In this document: positions 1 to 13,158 of the stretch, piece after piece
Position numbering within the stretch: position 1 is the first letter of the stretch
Layout: every line of letters begins with the position of its first letter
From: Eledone cirrhosa
Taxonomy: Eukaryota
Length of the DNA stretch: 64,000 bases
Assembly: GCA_964016885.1 (NCBI GenBank)
Contig: OZ024740.1
Location: 425,940,001 to 426,004,000, forward strand
Direction of reading: 5' to 3'
Made by a program: the position numbers and the translations under genes
The notes under the pieces: generated by a model
What the model was told of the DNA's origin: nothing
The model's database searches: none
The model's input: the letters and a program-made list of their open reading frames with translations, nothing else

Positions 1-521
1 ATAAGTATGTATACGTACATACATATATGTATACATACGTACAGTAGTATGTATATATATACATACATGCACACATATATACATGTACGTATAGATTTAC
101 CGAGCATTTATTATAATGCCCGGTTTGTTTATAAACAAACATCCCGAATTAAGCCGTACAGTGTTTAGCAACCATCGTTGCCCTTTTGTTCAACACTGAC
201 AAAGGAACGATGTACTAGTTTCAAGCTTATTAGCTATCGTCAGCACCGTATACCTTCCTGCCAGATGATTGAACGTCTGAAAGTATATACTTTCCTTATG
301 CATATTAACGGCTGAGCAGCCTTCAGTGTTGAACAAAAGGGCAACGATGGTTGCTAAACACTGTACGGCTTAATTCGGGATGTTTGTTTATAAACAAACC
401 GGGCATTATAATAAATGCTCGATAAATCCATACGTCCATATATATATGTGTGCATGTATGTATATATATACATACTACTGTACGTCTGTATACATATATG
501 TATGTACGTATACATACTTAT
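1..521. mobile_element. HHR-bearing foldback element, family 1 (PLE pLTR-like); arms ~1-198 and ~324-521, abutting a (TA)n tract
   Basis: 1-198 is the near-perfect reverse complement of 324-521, and the spacer holds an HHR on the minus strand. Related copies lie at 34762-35165, 42560-42855 and 63308-63465. Confidence 0.8.
207..249 (-). ncRNA. Minimal type I hammerhead ribozyme (family 1)
   Basis: Minus strand reads acggtg-CTGACGA-T-AGCT-aata-AGCT-T-GAAAC-TA-GTA-catcgt: stem I acggtg/catcgt, intact core, palindromic ACTAGT stem III, GUA site. Confidence 0.8.
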
Positions 522-532
522 ATATATATATA

Positions 533-623
<91 letters not shown>

Positions 624-1196
624 GAATAATCGAGTATCGAAAAATCGGCGCACGAGTTCACGATAAACAAAATTCGATATGAGCGGCAGAGTGCTCCATA
701 ATTTAGATAAATCAGAGCTATAATTATCGTTAAAATACCGTCACACACAGAACAAGTCTATAATCAACCGTACGATCGAAAATTTGCGATCCGGAAGATT
801 CGGGACACTCAGATAAAAAATCGATAAATCAATAAATTAAATGAATGTAAAAAGCATACCCGGACCCGCTAGGAAGATGTTAAATCTAGCTTCTTGGGTT
901 TCTGTAAATCCTTACACTGTTCTCTATCAGCTCACATAAAAATATATAAGACTTCTAGATAGCAGTGGACAGGAAACTTTACTTCATCAACGAGCTTTGT
1001 CCAAACGAATGAAATGACATAACCCAAGCTAAATACGCACATGGAATTCGGCAAGGGAGATAACCTCTACATCCGCGAAAAATATTCTGGAAAATGTGGA
1101 AATACACATATCGAATAAGAGTGCTCAATAGACATGTTAAAATGAACAGGAGCTATTCATCATTTAATAGAATCGACAAAAAATGAACAATAAAAT

Positions 1197-1270
<74 letters not shown>

Positions 1271-1426
1271 TATATTAGCTTATTTAACAATGATAACAAG
1301 GGTAAATTATCTTACATATCTCATTCATTGTTTTCGATCGTTTCGGAGGGTTAATTTTATCGATATTATATCGATATATTTGAAAATATAGTTGAAAATT
1401 GAAAACTTTACTGTCACCACAGTATA

Positions 1427-1465
1427 TGAACCTGATGATTGCGAAAGCATGAAAGTACTTGTTCA
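1427..1465 (+). ncRNA. Minimal type I hammerhead ribozyme
   Basis: tgaac-CTGATGA-T-TGC-gaaa-GCA-T-GAAAG-TA-CTT-gttca: perfect 5-bp stem I, GAAA-capped stem II, palindromic AGTACT stem III, CUU site. It lies in a ~350-bp island between TA tracts. Confidence 0.82.
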
Positions 1466-1598
1466 ATTAACACTTAACATTTAATATTCTACCATACCAT
1501 TTCATTATAATACCATTATAAATTTTAAAGGCTTGTAAATAAAACGAGTAAATCAGACAAAGTTGGAATTCCTTTTATTAATATATATATATATTTTA

Positions 1599-1690
<92 letters not shown>

Positions 1691-1691
<1 letters not shown>

Positions 1692-2999
1692 GAGGGGGGA
1701 TCAAAAAGTTCGCGGAATCTTATCGTAGCAAGAAAAAAATCAGGTTAAAACAATATTAAACATGTGAGAACATTGTCACTGGGTGTTTACCTTGCAGTCA
1801 CTTGCAGTCAGTTATGCGTGGACTATTGTACAGTACTGACACTCTTTAAACAACCTCTTTTTGGAACAATGGAAAATAGTTATTTTGAGATAAGATCGAA
1901 TATCAAGTTTCTGGTGAAACTCAAATGGAAAGGGACACAGATTATGGAGGCTTTAGTTAAAGTTTACAGTACTACTGCTCCAAAGAAAACTGCTGTCTAC
2001 AAATGGATTCAGCGATTCAAACAAGGGAGAGACGACATTGAAGACGACCATCACAGTGGAAGACTAGGAACATCAAAAAATGACAAAAACGTTGAGGCTG
2101 CTCAGACTTTAATTGAAGAAGATCGAAGAATAACAATTAATCAGTTAGCTAAGTCCCTAGACATTTCATATGGTTCGGCAAATTCAATTCTGCACGATAA
2201 TTTGGGACTAAGCAAGCTTTCAGCGCGATGGGTCCCAAAAGCGTTGCACCCTGATCAGATGATTTTTCGAAGTGATCTGTCTTTGGCGATATTAAACAAA
2301 ATTGAAGTTGATGAAGAGCATTTCCTGACCAGAATCATCACCGGAGATGAAACCTGGATCTACCAGTATGATGGTGAATCCAAACAGCAGTCATAACAGT
2401 GGCTTCCACGTGGATCATCGGGGCCAATCAAGTTCAAATCTCAAAAGTCGGATCAAAAAGTGATGGCCACCATTTTCTGGGATTCAGAAGGTGTGATACT
2501 AATAGATTATCTTGAAGGTCAAAGAACTGTGACAGGAGCTTACTATGCAAATGTTTTAAGGAAGCTGAAAGAGGCATTAGTCAAGAAACGAAAAGGGAAA
2601 CTTCATGGCGGGATCTTGTTTCACCATGACAATGCACCAGCGCATTCTGCGTGGGTTGCAATAGAAGTTCTTCGAGAATTTCGATGGGAAGTGCTTCCTC
2701 ACCCGCCTTATAGTCCAGATTTAGCCCCATCAGACTTTTTCCTCTTTCCAAAACTCAAAGAAATGCTAAAAGGAACCCGTTTTAGTGGTGTTGAAGAAGC
2801 TAAAAACACTGCCAACACATGGCTTTGAACAAGGCCTTCAACTTTCTTTAGAGACGGCTTACGAAGCTGGAAGCATCGCCTTGTCAAGTGTATTGACCTG
2901 GATAGCAACTATGTAGAAAAATAAATTGATGGTAAATCATACTTTTTGAAAAATAGAATATTTTCTGAAAAATTCCGCGAACTTTTTGATCCCCCCTCG
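1691..2999 (+). mobile_element. Full-length mariner transposon (DD34D, irritans/Hsmar2-like)
   Basis: Perfect 28-bp TIRs (CGAGGGGGGATCAAAAAGTTCGCGGAAT at 1691-1718 and its reverse complement at 2972-2999), TA flanks and an internal transposase. Confidence 0.95.
1869..2924 (+). pseudogene. Mariner transposase pseudogene with two in-frame stops
   Basis: One frame from ATG 1869 to TAA 2924 with ARWVPK, TGDETW, HHDNAPAH and YSPDLAPSDF motifs. Nonsense codons at 2394-2396 and 2826-2828. Confidence 0.93.
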
Positions 3000-3559
3000 T
3001 ATATATGTATATAAATATATATATATATATTAGAAATGACCCTAACATAACGTAGATCGTCATCGTGGTGTATATGACTCTATATGCAATATGTTTATAT
3101 ATAATGACCTAGTCACAGCTATCTCAGTAGCGGTGAGAATCCTGGATAGGTATTTCTGTATATTTATCCATTATCATTAATATTTACTCACTGGTTATTG
3201 AGACGAAATAGGCCTATATGGTTTTTGTGAATGATCAATCAGCTAGAGATGTTCATTTGCATATACTACGAATCTGCGTGGTGAGTAGTAGATAATGGGC
3301 ATTTTGCAAAGTTCTCTCATGACAGCCGAACCCAGAGTTTTAAGCTGGTTTAGGAGTTTGTTTAAATGTTTCCCCAGCGCTCAGCTATTTCTAACTGGCA
3401 TTTCAGTAGATAGGTGCCGTGTGATGCTCTGACAGTTGTCACAGAACAAATCACATGCATCTTATAAACTATACATATCAGGGTGACAGAGACTTCATAT
3501 GAAAAGTGTCAGAGAAGTTGAGAGTTTCCGTTGTAAGCTGGCGTTTGTGTTGCAGCTTG

Positions 3560-4130
3560 TGTGGTTCTGTGTTGTTTTCTGTTATGACGTCAAATATTTG
3601 AAACTGTGCTTGTGGTACCTATGACTAAATGTGGTACCTATGACTAAATGTGGTACCTATGACTAGATTTCTAACTTGGTACAGGAAAATTTTAGCTTCG
3701 TTCCTAGAAGCATCTAGATTTATTAGAGGATTAAACCATTCTATTGTTCTCATTCTAAATCTCTTAGATGCCGTCTGGTGTCTTCTATGCATACAATTGT
3801 TTCTTTGAATTCATTTATTTCTAGTGCCTCCTCGTAATGGGGCGAATCCCTCTCCAAGAACTCTCAGTCGGACCATAAGCTAAATCTTCTTCTGATAATC
3901 GGGTTTGCTGTAGCTGGGGCTGTATTGAGTTTCTCTGTGTATATACCGTTATGCTTCCAATAGGAATAGTGCTTACCAGATGTGAACCCCGGGCCTGATG
4001 TCCACAAAGATGACTTTGGTCAAATTGGTTGTAACTGTGATGTAGAAGCGAAATGCTTTGATAATCTTCAGAAGATACTTTCTGAACCATAACGTGGATA
4101 TTGCTTGGCCACCGTTTCTGCAAATGGTTG
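3560..4130 (-). pseudogene. Highly decayed Penelope-like RT C-terminal remnant
   Basis: Minus-strand KIIKAFRFYITVTTNLTKVIFVDI...SGKHYSYWK resembles the VNFLDVTLNL..G.YYPF.KP block of the PLE at 53951-54265. Boundaries are uncertain. Confidence 0.45.
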
Positions 4131-4464
4131 GATTAAGGGGAAATGTTCGTTTTCTGGGGGTATCCAAAAGGAATAAACGGACGAGGTCAAAGAACTCAAC
4201 GATGTAAGACCTCTTGGATAAGTTGAACATCAATATATGTATTTATTGTTGCTTCTTTATATTCTCAGATGACATCCTGAGTTCACGTTCGCCGTTTACC
4301 ATCCGAGGGTCAATAAATAGTAACAGGAACAATTTAATCAGCGATATATCCCCACCCCACAGCCTCCTATTGCCAACAAGGAAGGAAGGTAACGTGGACA
4401 CCAATTATTGGACGTTGAATGACAACTAAATACTAATCTTTGTGGAAAGGAAGAATGGGAAGAT

Positions 4465-4543
4465 AATGATGATGGTGGTGGTGGTGGTGATAATGATGAT
4501 GATAATGGTGGTGATGGTGATGATGGCGATGATGGTGATGGTG

Positions 4544-4576
<33 letters not shown>

Positions 4577-4700
4577 GTGATGGTGATGGTGATGGTGACG
4601 ATGATGATGAAGAAGAAGTGGAGGAGGTGATGATGATGATAAGTATGCTGATGAGAAGAAGAAGAAGAAGAAGAAGAAGAAGAAGAAGAAGAAGAAGAAG
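4465..4700. repeat. (GAT/GGT)n and (GAA)n trinucleotide microsatellites
   Basis: Direct inspection. Confidence 0.95.
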
Positions 4701-4999
4701 AAATAGGAGATGTATTTATAGATATGAGGATGTGAGAAGGAAGATGTCCAGAAAAGGAAATGAAAGTGGGAGATAAAGAAAGGAAAGAAAGGATGAGATG
4801 AAGAGATGTGATAGAGAAGTGGAGATAAGATAAACTGATAGTGTGGTGAAAGATGGGTGTGTGGGGAGAGGGGGACAGGTTGGGGGAGAGGGGAGGGAGA
4901 GATGGGGGAGAGTGGGAGATAAAGAGGGAGGGAGGGGGAGAGAATCGCTGAACGATAGTCCACTTCCACCATTTCCTGTCCTCCATTTACAACAACAAA

Positions 5000-5036
<37 letters not shown>

Positions 5037-5084
5037 GGCAACAGCAAACAGGCCTAGAATACTCTTAAATCCCTCACTAAGACC

Positions 5085-5735
5085 AACCAGTTGAGTGAAA
5101 ACAGGTGGGAAACTTCTTTCGGACAACTGTTGGCGTGAGACAGGGGTGAGTACTTCACCCACGTTGTTCAACCTATTTTTAGAACAAATCATGCAAGAAA
5201 ACCTTCACGACCATGATACCTCAAGCTCTGTCGGTGGTAGATCCGTCTGTAACCTACGTTTTGCAGACGACATTGATCTCATAACAACGAACTCTTCTTG
5301 AAAGAGCAGGAGCGTGTGGAATTGAGGTGAGCTCCGAGAAATCGAAATTAATGGTGAATAGCACAGGTAGCACCCGTGTCAACATCACCATGGACAGACA
5401 TTCATTGGAGGAAGTGTCCGGTTTGAAATAATTGGGAACAGTCTTGTCGCTATGATGGTGGTGGTGGTGGCTATGGTGGCTGTAGTCTTGGTTGTAGTGG
5501 AAGAAGAGATCGATAAAGTGGACATTAGACCTGGCGCTCTTTTAAGTAATGTCCAGTATTCTGAAGATTCTGATGGTACCTGAAACACAGAAATCCACAC
5601 ATGGATTGTCGCAGCTATGGCAGTGATGAGCAAATTGGTAAGAATATGGAAGAGCAACATCAGTTTTCAGACCAGGTACAGATTGTACAAATTGCTGGTT
5701 GTCGCCGTCCTCCTATAAAGGTGTGAGACCTGAAC
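5085..5735 (+). mobile_element. Decayed RTE-clade LINE reverse transcriptase fragment
   Basis: VGVRQG..SPTLFNLFLEQIM...NLRFADDIDLI and downstream I.F.T..RLYKLLV...LL motifs, broken by stops, frameshifts and a microsatellite. Confidence 0.8.
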
Positions 5736-6621
5736 ACCTTCAACGGTGCCTTGCTTGCATGATGGTCTTGCACAGGCTGTCATGTCATGTGACGTTCCCA
5801 AACCACGCCAGTTTCCTCTTGACAGTGGTGAGGAGAGGTTCCTGGTGACCCAATAGGAATTACGAAGGAGTTTTCTCAAACGTCTGGACCCTTCTCTCTA
5901 TTTCAGTCAAAAGTGTGATTTTTTCAGACAGCAAAATTTAGTAAAAAGTAACATTTCCGAGGCAGATGTGGGTGGAAGGGAGTGGACTAAAAAAATGTCT
6001 GTTTTTGCTTTGGATGTCCACTTCCTTCTAACTTTCAGAACCTCGCAACACCTCTGCCCAGATGCAGAGGCGTGGGAGGCTGACCAGTCAACTACCACTC
6101 AGAATACTATTAACGTTAGTTGTTCTCTCTAGCTACCAGTCCCGCACTATCTCAACCGACAACACTATACGGTCAGTGGGAGTTCAATTCAGCCAAATAT
6201 TTTTACTGCTAACTTTGGTTTCCAGCAGAATTCTAGTGCTTGCGTACCCACCACCTGTTTATGGCGGGATAATATACGGACCATCAAGCCCAAAGTGAGA
6301 ATATTATCTAATGCTATGGTTAATATAACTTATCAAGGAAAATAAATATTTAAAATTTCACAACCCGAAGATCCAAAAATTTTAAAATTTCAGACTTTAA
6401 AAGTTAGGAAGTCCAGAAGATTAGACAACGGTCAATATACTCAGAATAATATCAAACTGGCTAACGTGTATATTCGTATTAGGGATTGGGTTCAGAATTG
6501 GATATTAATTTGTTATGACTCCCCAGTAGAAGAAACTGGTCTCTTAGCGAGAATGACAAGTAGCATTTAAAGTATCGAATGTAAACATTAGATGATCATA
6601 TACAAATGTATCATAAATAAT

Positions 6622-6806
6622 TGTTTCTACTTTAGGCACAAGGCCAGCAGTTATCCAGTGCATTACTGGTACTTTATTTTATCGACCCCGTAAGGATGAA
6701 AGGCAAAGTCAACCTCGGCGGGATTTGAACTCAGATCGTAAAGGGACGTAACTATGCTGGAAAGCATGGCGTCCGACCCTCGACCGATACTGCCAATCCA
6801 CCGCCC
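6622..6806 (-). mobile_element. tRNA-derived SINE, family A, with 15-bp TSD
   Basis: Minus strand has a GGGCGGTGGATTGGCAG head, a GAGTTCAAATCCC B-box and a GCCTTTCATCCTTACGGGGTCGATAAAATAAAGTACC core. TSD tgtatcataaataat at 6607-6621 and 6807-6821. Confidence 0.9.
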
Positions 6807-7439
6807 TGTATCATAAATAATGTAGGATAATAATTTGGACTAAATAATATAGTCAAACAAAGGGCCGTATAAACCCACTGAACAGTAAAAGATGGATATC
6901 AGCAAATATCATTTTCCTTTCAGTTGGTTTATAAGCCTCATTATTAGACTAGATTTATTAGTCAAAATGTTATCGTGAAGCTTCTATTTTTCTTTCAATA
7001 CTAAATATCGCTCGCCGCGTTCCAAACATACTTCATTTCGGAAGTAAATTATGGATTTAGATCGATACAATCCTAAATACATAGAAGCATTCGCAAGTAT
7101 TTCCACCCTGTTTTCTGCAGCAATACAAAGCTTTATCAGACATAGTTAAGGTTGTTTAGAGAAAGCGGTAGAATACGAATTTGAAATATATAAGTGGAAA
7201 AAGAGTTGAATAAAGTAAGAAAACAACTAAGCAATTAAAATAAAAATTCTCTTTATATTTTCGTTTACATTTTTAAGTAACTACCCAGCCCTCTTTCGAA
7301 AAGAAAAAAAAACTTACACAAAACAAAACAAAAAAAAAACAACAAAAACAATCGGTTTGTGGTAAAATTTCTTCTGCTGTAGTGGATGTGGTTCGAAGGA
7401 TCGATGTCATGCGCAGATCGGTTTAGTTGCAGCAGCCAA

Positions 7440-7550
7440 TCGGCTCCATGAAACTCAATCCTGTTATTTATAAAAGGCTTAACCCTGTTGACTAGAATTG
7501 ATTCTTTCATATGTAAATTCCCGGTGTTTCTCAGTTGCGATTTCAACATC
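7440..7550 (-). pseudogene. Possible C-terminal tip of a PLE GIY-YIG endonuclease
   Basis: LHMKESILVNRVKPFINN resembles the L..KES.LI...KP.LN end of PLE endonucleases. The match is short. Confidence 0.4.
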
Positions 7551-9334
7551 TCGTATGTGGCATATATACATACACACATATATATATTATATATATATAA
7601 ATACACACACACACACACACATATATATTCCTTTGTACATTAACGTGTTTGGAGCTGGTCGTGTATGATGTAGAAGCAGAATATATTTATTTATATACTT
7701 GTATGCTGGAAATATAATGGATATGCACGCGTGTGAGTGTATATTTTATATATGTATATATTCGCCAACGAGTTCACGTGTGTCAATGTATATTAGCATC
7801 AATATTCATAATGCATATGAGTAGTCGTGTGTATGTGCGCTTATCTTCACTGAAGCATGCACGAAGAAGACACCACAATACCAACATACATGATATGTAT
7901 CTGTCTGTGGATGGACACTGGCATATCAAACATCAATTTCGATATTTTGATGGTTAGATTGCATGTATATACATCTATAACCACGTTTACTTATACCTGC
8001 CTCAATGTATCTATTCAAAATGCTTTCCTGGCAAGGAAATAAGTGTGTGTTGTGTGTGTTGTGTGGGTGTGTGTGGGTGTATGTTCACTCAGGAGCGTTT
8101 GTGTGAGTGAGTGAGTTTACATTAAATGTGTTACCTTGTCTTGACAAAGTCCGTCCCACTTTATCACATCTCAATATGATCTTCATCACCTTACATCTCT
8201 TACTTTCGCAACCGACCGAATTCTTCTTCTTCTTCTTCTTCTTTTTCTTCTTCTTCTTCTTCTTCTTCTTCTTCTTCTTCTTCTTCTTCTTCTTCTTCTT
8301 CTTCTTCGCCATCTTCTTCAGTCCTGAAACACCCCTCCAGCGGGTCCTGTCATTTTACAAAATATTATGGAACAAAATTTAGTTCTTAATTTTTGTGTAA
8401 GTAGTAATAATAAATGTAAAAGTAAAACAAATTTGACTTTGCCGTTAGATTTTGGAGTAATATTTATGTGTGGTGATAGTATTTCTGGAAGTTATTGACC
8501 ATATTCTTATCGTCTTATGAATAGGAACTAAATTGATGGTGTTCATCAACCTAAAAAATAAAAAAATACTATATATCTCTGGAACTGATTATGGGAATTG
8601 AAGAACAAAAACTTCCCTTATGGTCAGAAATTGTATATGATAACAACACCAAAAAACCTGTACCGGTGAGCAAAATACATGTCGACAATATCTCGCAGAG
8701 GCCTTTGGTATTCTGCACACAAACGTATCGCTACTAAACAGGGAGTCAGACAGATTATAGTCATATAATCATAAAATATTTAAAACACTCCATTACTTGA
8801 AATTTACATCATACACATATAAACAACTATATTCTCGATTACTCTTTCACATCCGACCCAAATAATAAATACCTCCTGCGTACATCTCACATTTTAGCCG
8901 CTTCACACATAGCAACTCCCAAACAAATTAATAAATTGTTTCAAACCAAATTCATAAATCATCTCAAAACTAACATTTAATATTTCACAATGCTCTGTCG
9001 TCATTTATTCTAATATCAGCTTTCTTCTTTTAATCTTTTCTTTATTTATCTAAATTCTTTTATTTAGTTTCTAAATTTTAATTTTTTTTTAGTTCTAAAT
9101 TTAAATTTTTTTTAGATTCGCAATTCTTTAAAATTCCTTAGAACCTCGTGTTCCAAATATAAATATAGCAGCTGTGGGTAACTTGATTAAAGTATACACA
9201 TGATTGCATGTAATTGGAATTTCACAGTTGTCTGTGGTCGTGTGTAAGTACAGATGCATGCACAGAGGTGTACACATTGATGCATCCATATACATTTATA
9301 GCTACCAGAGTGAATATGTCTGGAAATATATAAT

Positions 9335-10595
9335 AATAATAATAATGAAATTATTGTGTACAGTGCTCAGGTGCACTACAACTCATCAAAAGTGCATGTA
9401 TAGTACATAGAATAATATACAAATGTCACGAAAGTGAACAGTGTACGAGTCATAATTTACATGTGTGTGTCTGTATGGAGGAGGACATTAGGTGTAGTGT
9501 TGGCAAATTTCAGGAAGCATGGAGGTTTTAAAGCATGCATTGTCTCGACAGCTAACAACTGATGCAGGTAGTTTGTTCCATGCTTCAGCAACTCTGAGCG
9601 TGAAAAATGTTTCCGAAAGTCGTGGGAGCTGTGCTGTTTTCTGACTTTGTAGGCATGGCCACGTGTGTTAGACACATGGAAATCAAAAAGGTGCTCAGGT
9701 TCGTTGTTGGCAAGATGGTTAATAATTTTGTGGGTTTACCAAGTCAGTTGCCAGACGTTTGAGCTTCAATGTATCCATGCCCAGGGAAGCAAGACGCTCA
9801 GAGTATGGTAGATGCCTGATGGAGGGTATTCGCTTGGTTGCACGTCTCTGAACAGTTTCCAGGCGGTCAATGTTCTGAGCAAGATAGAGCTTCCAGACTG
9901 GTGGTGCAAAGTTTAAGCGTGGCCGCACCACAGTTATATACAGCTTTAAATAGATAGCTGGAGAACGGCTGACAAATGTCTTGCTGATTGATGCCAAGAC
10001 ACCCTCAGCCTTCTTGACAAGTTTAGGGAAGTGCTTCATCCAACGCAAATCGCTGCTGACAGTAATGCCCAGGTCACCTTCACAAGAAGACTTCTTGATA
10101 TTAGTGTTGTGGAGGGAGTATGTGGACGCTGGGTTTTTACTCCCAAAATGCATGGTGGTACGCTTGTTCACAGCCAACTTGAGTTGCCAGTCCGTGATCC
10201 ATTGTTGCATTGTGTCCAGGTCTGATTGCAGGAAAGATCTATAGTGTGCAGGATCTATCCTTTTCATCTCAAGATACAGCTTCATGTCATGTGCATATTT
10301 CAGTACTGTGGCATACTTTAAGTTGGTATCTATGTCATTATTATATGCCACAAACAAAAGAGGGCCAAGAACAGATCCCTGTAGTACACCAGAGGACATC
10401 TCATACGGTGAGGAATGCTGTCCTAGAACCATGACTACCTCTCTTCGACTGAGAATAAAGGACTTCAACCAGTTAAAAAGATCATCCTTCGCACCGATTG
10501 CAGAGGGTTTTGCCATAAGATATTGTGTGGCACAGATTTGAAAGCTTTAGCAAAGTCAAGGTAAACAACATCCACCCATGAGCCGCCATCAGTGA
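9335..10595 (-). mobile_element. 5'-truncated CR1/L2-group LINE (RT C-terminal half and 3' UTR)
   Basis: VDVVYLDFAKAF, SGVLQGSVLGPLLF, YAHDMKLY, LETVQRRATKRI and TRGHAYKV motifs, with a (TTA)n tail near 9335. Confidence 0.9.
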
Positions 10596-10926
10596 TCCGT
10601 ATATGTATGTTTAGATGTGTATATTGACGTATGCCTTGTGTATATGCATTAATATATGGGTATGTGTTGCGTGCGTGTATATATAAATGTGTGTGCACGC
10701 GTGTAGTTAAGTGTAATATAGGAAAGTGAGAGCATCCAAACACATATGAAGATATAGATGAGTGCAGTTTGTGAAGAAAACCGTACACAGGATGATATGC
10801 ACACCTACATGACTATTTATAAACGTAAATAGCTACATGGTCCTGTACGATGGTGCAGACCTACCCCAGATAGGTTTTCTGGCGTATGAATTCGTAAATC
10901 GGTGCGGACACTCTGACAAGTGAATG

Positions 10927-10959
<33 letters not shown>

Positions 10960-11399
10960 CTGTATGTTTGCAAATCTAGTTGCTAGGATAAAGTTGATGT
11001 GTATGTGTGCGAAGACGTTCAGAATTATGTAGATTATCTGCCCCTTACTCGACACACACCTCAACAAATCCTAGATAGTTTCCAATAGAAAGATATAAGG
11101 AAACAAGTTACCGTATCGCATCAATCTACTTTCTTACCATTAAAACAAGATCAAAACTAGGTCGCTATCTACTGGAAATGCTATCATCACACATTTTATT
11201 CCAAAACTTAATATCCAAGTCAAGTTTTAATTTTAGATTTGGTATTAATACTCACATAATTAGAAATTAAAACAAAATATATTTAACTCCATAATTTTTG
11301 TAAATTATATAACACACACCTACAAATATATCATCGATTTAGAAATATATATTGAACAGTCTAGTTGTTCTCATATATCTAGGGACCAACATGGAAATA

Positions 11400-11612
11400 A
11401 TACTGGTTTTTGATTTAGGGTCAAGGCAACAATTTGGTGGGGAATGAGGAAAGTCAATAGAATAAACCCCAGCGCATTGCTGGTACTTTATAAAATTGAC
11501 CACGTAAGGATCAAAAGCAAAGCTAATTTTGGCAGGATTTCAACTCAGAACAGAACATCTATGCAACGAAGCTGGGCGTCCAACGCTCTGCCGATACTAC
11601 CAATACACCACC
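11400..11612 (-). mobile_element. SINE family A, diverged copy
   Basis: Visible homology to 6622-6806. Confidence 0.7.
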
Positions 11613-11656
11613 CTCTTCATGAAGATTCTAATAAAATTACTATTTACTATATACAT

Positions 11657-11701
<45 letters not shown>

Positions 11702-11715
11702 AAATTAATTAATAT

Positions 11716-11757
<42 letters not shown>

Positions 11758-11936
11758 AAATTAATTAATATCGTATATATATATATATATATATATACGT
11801 CAATACTCATCTTTTTCCATTTATCTGAAGGTTCTAAACCCCATTATCAGGCTAAAATTCCTTTAGTCAAAAATATGGTGAAAGCTAGTCTATTTTCTAA
11901 TTTCAAACCTGCTCACTGTTTCAAAACATACTTACT

Positions 11937-11992
<56 letters not shown>

Positions 11993-12242
11993 GAGAGGTA
12001 TAGAGATTGTTTTAGCGAGAAGCTAATAGTATTCTATAACATATATGCGACTATAACGTCAAGATGGGAAAAGTAGTTAACGTAAGATTTAGGAAAAATA
12101 ATTCAAACTCATCTCAAAAGAGAATCAGGATATAAATTCATCCACAGAATTTAGTGAAATCCAGGGAAAAATCAATAGACCTTTAACTCATGATAAAATA
12201 AAGTTTAAAACACTTATCTTTCAATTTGGAATAACATCAAAT

Positions 12243-12323
12243 GCTCTGTATAGTCTTAAAAGACTATTTCATGAAAACTTTCAGTGGAGATGGTCACGGT
12301 TGGATTTCAATCGTCAGCAGAGC
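12243..12323 (-). ncRNA. Type I hammerhead ribozyme with full stem III
   Basis: Minus strand: gctctg-CTGACGA-T-TGAAA-(loop)-TTTCA-T-GAAATAGTCT-ttta-AGACTAT-A-cagagc. Perfect 6-bp stem I, 7-bp stem III, AUA site, inside island 11990-12422 between TA tracts. Confidence 0.85.
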
Positions 12324-12420
12324 TCAACAGAAACCAGGGCTCTCACAGTATTATAATCCGAAAAAGGGAATTCTAAAACTGGCTAGTTCGCCATATGAAA
12401 AAGCACATGAGGAAAAACGG

Positions 12421-12496
<76 letters not shown>

Positions 12497-12499
<3 letters not shown>

Positions 12500-12680
12500 A
12501 TTCAAAATATTAACAAAAATAGACATTCGTGTGATCAAGTATATTTTATTATACATATTTCAGAGGTACTGAGCTATCTTCAAGTACCTCTGAAATATGC
12601 ACCTCAGTACCTCTGAAATATGTATAATAAAATATACCTGATCACACGAATGTCTATTTTTGTTAATATTTTGAAATAAT
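12497..12680. mobile_element. Foldback element carrying two HHR 3' halves (same family as 56460)
   Basis: 12497-12573 is inverted relative to 12603-12680. The right arm has CAGTACCTCT-GAAATATGTAT-A-ATAAAA, and it matches 56495-56565. Confidence 0.75.
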
Positions 12681-12770
12681 ATTAATAATTACGGAAAACC
12701 ATAACTATGGAGTGCTTCTAATCTATCGTTAAACTTTATTCTTTGATTTATTCATTGAACCTTGTTTTAC

Positions 12771-12852
<82 letters not shown>

Positions 12853-13002
12853 GTATTTTTAACCGTTTTAACCGTCAATCAATGATAAACATTGATTGCC
12901 AAATAAATTAGCCAACCAAACAGTGAGTGTGTTCTGTTATTATTTCTGGTAATATTATTACAACAATATGACCCTCCCCAAGTATAAAAACATATATATG
13001 TA

Positions 13003-13040
<38 letters not shown>

Positions 13041-13071
13041 GAAGTGGTTACACAACAGTTAGTTCACCATA

Positions 13072-13111
13072 CCGAGAACAATTGTTTCACCTTAGCGGAT
13101 CCTCAGCTCGG
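13072..13111 (-). ncRNA. Minimal type I hammerhead ribozyme (left arm of palindrome 13041-13190)
   Basis: Minus strand: ccgag-CTGAGGA-T-CC-gctaa-GG-T-GAAAC-AATT-GTT-ctcgg. Confidence 0.8.
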
Positions 13112-13118
13112 AATGATT

Positions 13119-13158
13119 CCGGGCTGAGGATCCGCTAAGATGAAACAATTGTTCTCGG
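13119..13158 (+). ncRNA. Minimal type I hammerhead ribozyme (right arm of palindrome 13041-13190)
   Basis: ccggg-CTGAGGA-TCCGCTAAGAT-GAAAC-AATT-GTT-ctcgg; stem II is weakened by one substitution. Confidence 0.7.
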
